61,290 nt of DNA, taken from assembly GCA_023476545.1 (NCBI GenBank), contig JAMCYP010000023.1:1-61290 (forward strand), given 5' to 3'. Source of the DNA: Candidatus Marsarchaeota archaeon (GTDB lineage: Archaea; Micrarchaeota; Micrarchaeia; Micrarchaeales; CABMGC01). The notes beneath the pieces are model-generated. The model made no database searches. It was not told the origin of the DNA and saw only the letters and a list, made by a program, of their open reading frames with translations. Below, piece after piece: positions 55,935 through 61,290 of the stretch (within the stretch, counting starts at the first letter, position 1; the number at the start of each line of letters is the position of its first letter). Made by a program: the position numbers and the translations under genes.

Positions 55935-56380
55935 CGCCTTGCCTTCGGCATGTCGCGGAAGGTGCGTATCGCATTCTTTGTAGCAGTATCTGCCTTCTCC
56001 AAAGAGGTGCCGCTCTTCCCAAAGAGCTCACCCAGATACTCTCTGTTTTTGCCGAGCACCGATTCTCTAGCATTGCTATCCTGTAAGAAGCGTCTTTCCC
56101 GTGTTCGTCCTCTCCCAAGTAGCGAACTCTATCGACCTGCTGCGTCCTCATCAGCTCGTCGATCGCAATGGACACTTCCTGGGAATGACCATGGGGTCCT
56201 GTCTCTTCAAAGAACATCGAGAACCGAGCGCCTTCTTTCTCCAGCCTCTTCACAACAAGTCCTGTTACTCTGGAGAGCTCGCCCACAGGGATGAAGAACC
56301 CTGTCCGCCTCCGCAACCTTTATGATCTCCAGGCACAGGAGTTCTGCAACATCGAGCATCTCTTCCTTATCGTAGCTCAT
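55931..56380 (-). pseudogene. candidate disrupted gene (about 150 aa, wHTH-like) spread over two reading frames
   Basis: My translation:
- Frame 1 from ATG 56380: 'MSYDKEEMLDVAELLCLEIIKVAEADR...'.
- Frame 2 (the ORF-track 55807..56316 frame): 'FFIPVGELSRVTGLVVKRLEKEGARFSMFFEETGPHGHSQEVSIAIDELMRTQQVDRVRYLGEDEHGKDASYRIAMLENR'.
- Back to frame 1: 'SVLGKNREYLGELFGKSGTSLEKADTATKNAIRTFRDMPKARR*', ending at 55931.
Outside these segments each frame turns Cys/Arg/Trp-rich and looks non-coding. Confidence 0.4.
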
Positions 56381-56400
56381 CTGTTTGAATGATATACAGG

Positions 56401-57303
56401 TCAGTACATTGCCTGAAGTCTTTTTATTCTTTCTTCTATGGGCGGATGCGTTGAGAACAGGCCCGAGAGGCTGCCAGCCTTGAACGGGTTGGCGAAGTAG
56501 AGCGACGCGGTCACCTCGTTTGCGTGTGCTACTGGCGCGGTTCTGGGGTTCTTCTCATACGCCTGTATCTTCTTCAGCGCGCCGGCCAGCTCCGCCGGGT
56601 TCCTGGTCACCCTCGCACCGTTAGCGTCGGCCATGTACTCCCTCCTTCTCGATATCGCAAGGCGCGTCAGCAGCGCGAAGAGGGGCGCAAGTATTCCTAC
56701 CGCAAGCGCAATCAGCAGGAGCGGGCCTTCGTTGTTCCTTCCACGCCCTCCGAAGCCCCCGAAGAATACGGACAGCCTCAGGTATGCGGCGATTAGCCCT
56801 ATCGCGCCTGCAAACGCTATCGCGATCGTCATCACCAGTATATCATTGTCTGCTATGTGCGACAGCTCATGCGAGATTACGCCCTCGAGCTCGTCCCTGT
56901 CCATCATCTGAACGAGCCCCGTGGTGAACGCTATTGATGGCTTGCTCCTCCTCCCCGTGGCGAAGGCGTTTGGATTGGGGTCGTTTATCAGGTACACCTT
57001 TGGCATCTTTACCTGCATCGCAGAAGAGAGGCCCTCCACGGATGCGTATAGGTTGGAGTACTGCTTCTCGTCCGCCACCTTGGCCCTTGACACCGCGAGC
57101 ACAACCTTGTCTCCGCTGTAATAGGTAAATGCCGCGTACAGCACAACGAGCAGCGCGCCCACGAAGAAAGCGAATATACCTCCGCCGAGCAGATAGACAA
57201 CCAGATACACTATTCCTATGAAGAAGGCCGCAAATATAACAAGCAAAAGGAGCGACTTCAGGTTGTTCCGAGCTATCTCATCGAAGAAACTGGACATCCG
57301 CAT
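56401..57303 (-). CDS. htpX: HtpX-family M48 zinc metalloprotease
   Basis: 'HELSHIADNDI' (HExxH), four TM segments and 'EYMADANGA'. Confidence 0.9.
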   Translation of the reverse strand: MRMSSFFDEIARNNLKSLLLLVIFAAFFIGIVYLVVYLLGGGIFAFFVGALLVVLYAAFTYYSGDKVVLAVSRAKVADEKQYSNLYASVEGLSSAMQVKMPKVYLINDPNPNAFATGRRSKPSIAFTTGLVQMMDRDELEGVISHELSHIADNDILVMTIAIAFAGAIGLIAAYLRLSVFFGGFGGRGRNNEGPLLLIALAVGILAPLFALLTRLAISRRREYMADANGARVTRNPAELAGALKKIQAYEKNPRTAPVAHANEVTASLYFANPFKAGSLSGLFSTHPPIEERIKRLQAMY

Positions 57304-57309
57304 TACACC

Positions 57310-57927
57310 TTACTGCTTCTTCTGCGTCTTTGCCCCTTTCGCCGGCGCCGTCGGCGTCTGGTTGCCATCGTCGTCAGTGAGATCAACCTTCACCACCTCT
57401 TTCTCTCCCTCCGGTGCCTGGAAGAAGTCCATGCGCCGAAAGCCCATGGGCCCCGCGAGAAGGTTGCCTGGGAACTGCTGTATCGCGTTGTTGTAGTCTA
57501 GCACGTAGTCGTTGTACGAGGTGCGCACGAAAGAGATCTTGTTCTCCGTGTTCTCGAGCTCGTTCTGCAGGTTCTGGTACGTCTGCGACGCCTTTAGGTC
57601 CGGATAGTTTTCCGCTACAGCAAACAGGCTCTTCAGCGCGCCGCTCAGCATGTTGTTCGCCTGCGCCTTGTCCTGCACGCTTCCGGAGACGATCGAGCTC
57701 CTGAGCTGCGTTATCTGAGTCAGGACCCCCTTCTCGTACTTCATGTAGCCCTTTACAGTCTCAACAAGGTTAGGGATCAGGTCGTACCTTCGCTTTAGCT
57801 GCACGTCAATCTGAGCCCATGCGTCCTGGACACGGTTGCGCTTTCCTATCAGGCCGTTGAATACAAGTATCACTATTGCAGCTACGATCACTACTATAGC
57901 GACAGCGATGACTAGCAAATCTACCAT
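57310..57927 (-). CDS. lemA: LemA family protein
   Basis: N-terminal TM, then 'LIGKRNRVQDAWAQIDVQLKRRYDLIPNLVETVKGY' and 'ENYPDLKASQTYQNLQNELENTENKI'. Confidence 0.9.
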   Translation of the reverse strand: MVDLLVIAVAIVVIVAAIVILVFNGLIGKRNRVQDAWAQIDVQLKRRYDLIPNLVETVKGYMKYEKGVLTQITQLRSSIVSGSVQDKAQANNMLSGALKSLFAVAENYPDLKASQTYQNLQNELENTENKISFVRTSYNDYVLDYNNAIQQFPGNLLAGPMGFRRMDFFQAPEGEKEVVKVDLTDDDGNQTPTAPAKGAKTQKKQ

Positions 57928-57969
57928 TTACTCAGTAAGGCTGGCCTCTACAAGTATAAAAACACTCCA

Positions 57970-58347
57970 CTAACCTGCGGAAAAGTAAGCCGTTCCGCTG
58001 CTTACGCTTGCGCTGATTACGGCGTACCTGCCGTCGGGGCAGAAAGCACTATGCGTGACGTTCAGCTGATAGGCGAAGTACAGCGTTCCGTGAGCAGTTT
58101 CAAGCTCGTTGCCGTACACCACGGAGTCGCACAGTCCTGCAGGGATGTAGGTATTGGCTGTGAACGAACCGTTCTCTAGCAGCCCTGCGTCTACCATGGA
58201 GGAGAACTGCTCAAGTTCGAAAGATGCAATGCCGTTGCCCATCCCCGCCTCAGCCTTTGCCACCGCGCCTATGGCGGCCGCCAGAGAGAGCCCAGCCAGA
58301 GCTAGATAGAGGAGAAGCTCTAGCGACAGCTGGGCCCTCAGGTTCAC
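57970..58347 (-). CDS. archaeal type IV pilin-like protein (class III signal peptide)
   Basis: 'MNLRA|QLSLELLLYLALAGLSLAAAIG': a short basic leader, a Gln at +1 and a hydrophobic helix. Last gene of the pilus operon. Confidence 0.65.
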   Translation of the reverse strand: MNLRAQLSLELLLYLALAGLSLAAAIGAVAKAEAGMGNGIASFELEQFSSMVDAGLLENGSFTANTYIPAGLCDSVVYGNELETAHGTLYFAYQLNVTHSAFCPDGRYAVISASVSSGTAYFSAG

Positions 58348-58616
58348 ACGCTGTTGCTCGTAAGCGATGCAAGCTCGTTGCTGATCGCGGTAGAAACGCT
58401 GACGTTTGTGCCGTTCACGCTCACGTTGCTCACCACGGCGCCTTTGAGCTTGACCACCATTGCCAGCGCCAGCACTATCACGATGCTCGCAGCAGCGACC
58501 ATCATTATGTACTCCAGAGAGCTCTGCGCCTTCTTGCTCCTCGCCAGCGCCAAAAAAGCAACCGCGCCAGCAGGCAGGAGCCCGTATACAGTCTTCCCAA
58601 TCTTTCCGGTTTCCAT
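58344..58616 (-). CDS. archaeal type IV pilin-like protein (class III signal peptide)
   Basis: '...ARSKKA|QSSLEYIMMVAAASIVIVLALAMV'. An in-frame TTG at 58553 would give the classic short leader MALARSKKAQSSLEY and is the more likely start. Confidence 0.65.
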   Translation of the reverse strand: METGKIGKTVYGLLPAGAVAFLALARSKKAQSSLEYIMMVAAASIVIVLALAMVVKLKGAVVSNVSVNGTNVSVSTAISNELASLTSNSV

Positions 58617-58625
58617 CTTCTCATC

Positions 58626-59258
58626 TCACAGTATGCCAGACAGGAATGTGTGCGAGGTAAGCATTATCGCAGACCCGAGTCCAAGGTAGGGCAGCACCGC
58701 GGCAATGTTCCGCGCAACCTTCCTTTCCGGGCGGGCGAATGCAGATGACAGATAGAGAATCGTGGCCATGTAAAGCATCGCCACTCCCAAGAAGCCCCGC
58801 GTCAACGAGGTGACGCCCGCGGAGTACCCCAGCGAACCGGAGAGTATGACCGCGCTTATTCCTGAGAAAAGCGGAAAGAAGACTCCCATGCCCATGTAGA
58901 TCAGGGCCACAGGCGCCCCCGCCTTTGACCTGAACCTATTCGCCCGCCTCACCCTCTCTTCCACACGTTCCATGAACAGCTCCAGGCTTCTTCTTATGCT
59001 GCTGCCATGAACAACTCCCGACTCGACGATCGCCATAAGCTCGCCAATGTCAGCGGTTCCTTCTTCGCGAGCATGCCCCAGCAATGATCCTGACAGCAAG
59101 AGCGCAGATGACTCGCGCTCTAGATCGTGATGGCCTTTGGCTGCGTGCCGAAATCTCCTTATCAGCGCACCCCGGCCATCTTCAGCAGCAAGGAGATCCG
59201 CGCCTACGCTGAGCGCGCGCAGTTCGGCGTTCTTCTTCCAGACCCGCGATCTAAGCAA
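58626..59258 (-). CDS. TadC/T2SS-F-like pilus platform membrane protein (half-size)
   Basis: 210 aa. Helical cytoplasmic domain followed by three or more TM helices ('VALIYMGMGVFFPLFSGISAVIL', 'FLGVAMLYMATILYL'). Sits between the ATPase and pilin genes. Confidence 0.55.
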   Translation of the reverse strand: MLRSRVWKKNAELRALSVGADLLAAEDGRGALIRRFRHAAKGHHDLERESSALLLSGSLLGHAREEGTADIGELMAIVESGVVHGSSIRRSLELFMERVEERVRRANRFRSKAGAPVALIYMGMGVFFPLFSGISAVILSGSLGYSAGVTSLTRGFLGVAMLYMATILYLSSAFARPERKVARNIAAVLPYLGLGSAIMLTSHTFLSGIL

Positions 59259-59913
59259 ATAACCGCCTCCACATCACCAGGCTTCCTGCAGAATAGATGA
59301 CAGGGATTGCAAGTATCAGGCAGGCGGAGAGCGCGACGAGGCTGAAGTACTCGTGCGAGAGTATGCTGCCGCCTATGAATGCGAAGACCATGAACGAAGG
59401 CAGCACTGTAGAAACAAACATGTTTAATGTCGCATTCCGTTGCGCCTTCTCATCTACGTCCGCCTGTCGTGTCTCTGTTTCCCTCGCCCGCCTGCGTATC
59501 TCCGCTTCAGCGTTCGCCCTGTCACGGGCGGCACCTTCCTCTCCATCAGCCTCGAACAGCATCATCCGTTTCCTTACCGAGCTCAATACTTGTTCTCGAA
59601 GCTCCGCGTTTTGTATCTCTGCCGCTGCGGCGTAAGATGCCTTAGCGTAGGAATGGCCGGAGCGGTTGCGATAGAGGACTCTGTGCAGATATTCTGTGAA
59701 GGAACTTCTTCTTGCATTCTCGCTGTACGATTCCGCATTGGATTTTAGCATCATGCGTATGGAGATCACCGTGACGTTTGAGGCGACAAACAGGGCAGCG
59801 AGTTCCCCCAACTGCGCAAGCCCGCACAGGTAGCCGATCGCCGCTGTCAGCGCAAGCGCGACCGCCTCCGTCACCGCCCCGCTTGCAACGAGGCGCATCT
59901 CAACGCCACTCAT
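59251..59913 (-). CDS. TadB/T2SS-F-like pilus platform membrane protein (half-size)
   Basis: 220 aa. N-terminal TM helices, a charged helical domain and C-terminal TM helices. Overlaps the ATPase gene's stop by 4 nt and the next gene by 8 nt. Confidence 0.5.
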   Translation of the reverse strand: MSGVEMRLVASGAVTEAVALALTAAIGYLCGLAQLGELAALFVASNVTVISIRMMLKSNAESYSENARRSSFTEYLHRVLYRNRSGHSYAKASYAAAAEIQNAELREQVLSSVRKRMMLFEADGEEGAARDRANAEAEIRRRARETETRQADVDEKAQRNATLNMFVSTVLPSFMVFAFIGGSILSHEYFSLVALSACLILAIPVIYSAGSLVMWRRLFA

Positions 59914-61290
59914 TCATATCCCTGTATTCTCTCCAGCGCCTCATTGGTGCTCTTGCTGCCTTCACACACCACCTTCAGGAACTCGGCCCGCCTGTCCAAC
60001 TCGTCCAAAACAAGCTTCCTGGAGAGCCCGGTCTTCGTCGCGAAAGCACCTATTACCTTAGAGCCAGCCAGCACCCTCCTGTCCAATCTTCCTCCGCTCA
60101 CGCTCTGCGCGACATCAACGGAGTCGCTGCCTTCTATCACCGTTCCGAGCTTGCCCGTCTCCGCCCTGCTGAGCCACCTGTACTCATAAACCTCACCCAG
60201 CACTCTCCTTGATACATCAGTGTGCCTCATATAGAGCGCCAGGTCGAGCGAGCTTATCGACCTGGTCTCAACCTCCATCGGTTTTGTGATCAGCTTCTTC
60301 ACTATGTCAAGCCCTCCCGCGTTGCTGTGCATGGTGGTCAGGAACGGCACCCCTAGGTTCGCGCCCGAGAAGAGTTCCCTGGCTTCCGCTCCCCTTATCT
60401 CCCCTATCACCAGCCTCTCGGGACGCATTCGCAGCGCATTTATCACCTGCTCTTTTGCCCCCACTGCCCCGCGCCCGAATCCCCCAAGAGCAACGCTGTT
60501 GTTAATGTCTAGCTTTATCTTGAGCTCGTTCACCTCCTCCTCTATCGTTACCACCCTCTCAGTCTTCGGCATCAACCCGAAGATGGCGCTCAGCATAGTG
60601 GTCTTCCCGCTCGCCGGAGCGCCGGCAATCACAATATTGAGTCCCGAGTCAACAGCAAGCCACAGGTATGCCATGGCGTCGTATGATGCGGTGCCCCTCC
60701 TGAGCAGATAGTCAGGCCCCACCTGCCTGTTGTCCGCGAGCCTTATGGAAGCGGCAGCCCCGTTCACCGCGTACGGCCTAATCTGCGCATGCACCCGCGC
60801 GTTGCCCACCTGCACGTCTATTATCGGCGTGTCCTCTCCCAGTTCCTTATCCGCCTCGTAGGCCATCTTGTTGACTGCGTGGCGGAAGGTGCCCTCTTCA
60901 GTGAACCTTAGATTTGTAGCGCATCGTCCGTAGTCAACGTGGAATATCGCAATGTGCGATAGCGGGGCGTTGATCTCTATCTCTTCTATCCTCTTTCTGT
61001 CCTCCATCAGCATGCTTATAGGGCCGTAGCCTACCGTGTCGTGCGCGACCAGGTAGGAGATGAAATCCGCGCGCTCGCGCGGCAACAATGGATATAGGTA
61101 TGCGGAGGCAACAGTTCTTGCCTCCTCTAGCAAAGCGAGGCTTGGCTCTGTGTTCCTTTCAGCCAGCACACCTACGGTGTGATTTTTCGCCTCTTCCGTC
61201 CTTGCCAACTCCGCTGCATTCAATCCCGCAACCCCGTATCCTAGCACATACTGGTATCCGCGGCCGCTCTTCACCAGCGCCACTTTCCCG
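59910..61290 (-). CDS. type II/IV secretion-family ATPase (TadA/PilB/ArlI-like); N-terminus may be cut by window edge
   Basis: Walker A 'IAGAPASGKTTML', 'VVTIEEEVNEL', 'RMRPERLVIGEIRGAEA' and 'TTMHSN'. The ORF is open to within 7 nt of the window end (GTG at 61283). Confidence 0.88.
   Translation of the reverse strand, partial: GKVALVKSGRGYQYVLGYGVAGLNAAELARTEEAKNHTVGVLAERNTEPSLALLEEARTVASAYLYPLLPRERADFISYLVAHDTVGYGPISMLMEDRKRIEEIEINAPLSHIAIFHVDYGRCATNLRFTEEGTFRHAVNKMAYEADKELGEDTPIIDVQVGNARVHAQIRPYAVNGAAASIRLADNRQVGPDYLLRRGTASYDAMAYLWLAVDSGLNIVIAGAPASGKTTMLSAIFGLMPKTERVVTIEEEVNELKIKLDINNSVALGGFGRGAVGAKEQVINALRMRPERLVIGEIRGAEARELFSGANLGVPFLTTMHSNAGGLDIVKKLITKPMEVETRSISSLDLALYMRHTDVSRRVLGEVYEYRWLSRAETGKLGTVIEGSDSVDVAQSVSGGRLDRRVLAGSKVIGAFATKTGLSRKLVLDELDRRAEFLKVVCEGSKSTNEALERIQGYE

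Noticed and set aside
1-61290. CRISPR arrays, IS elements, transposases, integrases, rRNA genes and large ncRNAs (RNase P RNA, SRP RNA)
   Set aside because: There are no regularly spaced direct repeats and no DDE, tyrosine- or serine-recombinase-like ORFs. No non-coding gap is longer than about 160 nt, apart from the frameshifted gene region at 55.9-56.4 kb.

Overview
Archaeal chromosomal window, mid-50s % GC by eye and well over 90% coding. I call about 70 genes, many of them linked by 1-11 nt start/stop overlaps. It is almost entirely informational and housekeeping core. Main content, in order:
- gyrB-gyrA, an Lhr-type helicase, prefoldin beta, a DHH phosphoesterase with Mre11, and ADP-forming acetyl-CoA synthetase.
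- A beta-CASP RNase, a single-OB SSB, RNase P proteins Pop5 and Rpp30, Orc1/Cdc6, and an Mrp-type ATPase.
- The archaeal 'exosome superoperon' (psmA-SBDS-rrp4-rrp41-rrp42-L37Ae ... rpoP).
- A histone-fold gene, thioredoxin, HisRS, AspRS, geranylgeranyl reductase, AglB and thermosome.
- The adkA-DUF106-L34e-cmk-L14e cluster, a class-III aminotransferase and a Nudix hydrolase.
- PolD DP1 and DP2, one intron-containing tRNA-Arg(UCU), TatD, SecY and HtpX/LemA.
- A 5-gene type-IV-pilus-like (Tad/archaeal pilus) operon that runs off the right edge.

The combination of PolD, gyrase, histone, AglB and this gene density suggests a small-genome archaeon (DPANN/Micrarchaeota-like or Thermoplasmata-related). 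That placement is inference only.

I found no rRNA, CRISPR array, transposase or integrase, and no recognisable multi-gene defence system.

Items most worth a second look:
1. The conserved N-terminus of PolD DP2 is encoded upstream of any canonical start codon, in frame with DP1 and separated from it by a single TAG.
2. A 493-aa multi-HTH ORF of unknown family sits on the opposite strand inside the exosome superoperon. A 44-aa rpoP next to it is missing from the ORF track.
3. A translationally coupled histone / Zn-ribbon / PRC-barrel operon.
4. A gene between secY and htpX is broken by two compensating frameshifts.
5. Two low-GC islets: a kinase-fold orphan next to the tRNA, and an SDR lacking YxxxK plus an orphan ORF.
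6. A DUF929 (CxxC) protein paired with a CxC membrane protein.

All functional calls come from reading motifs by eye. No database search was run.
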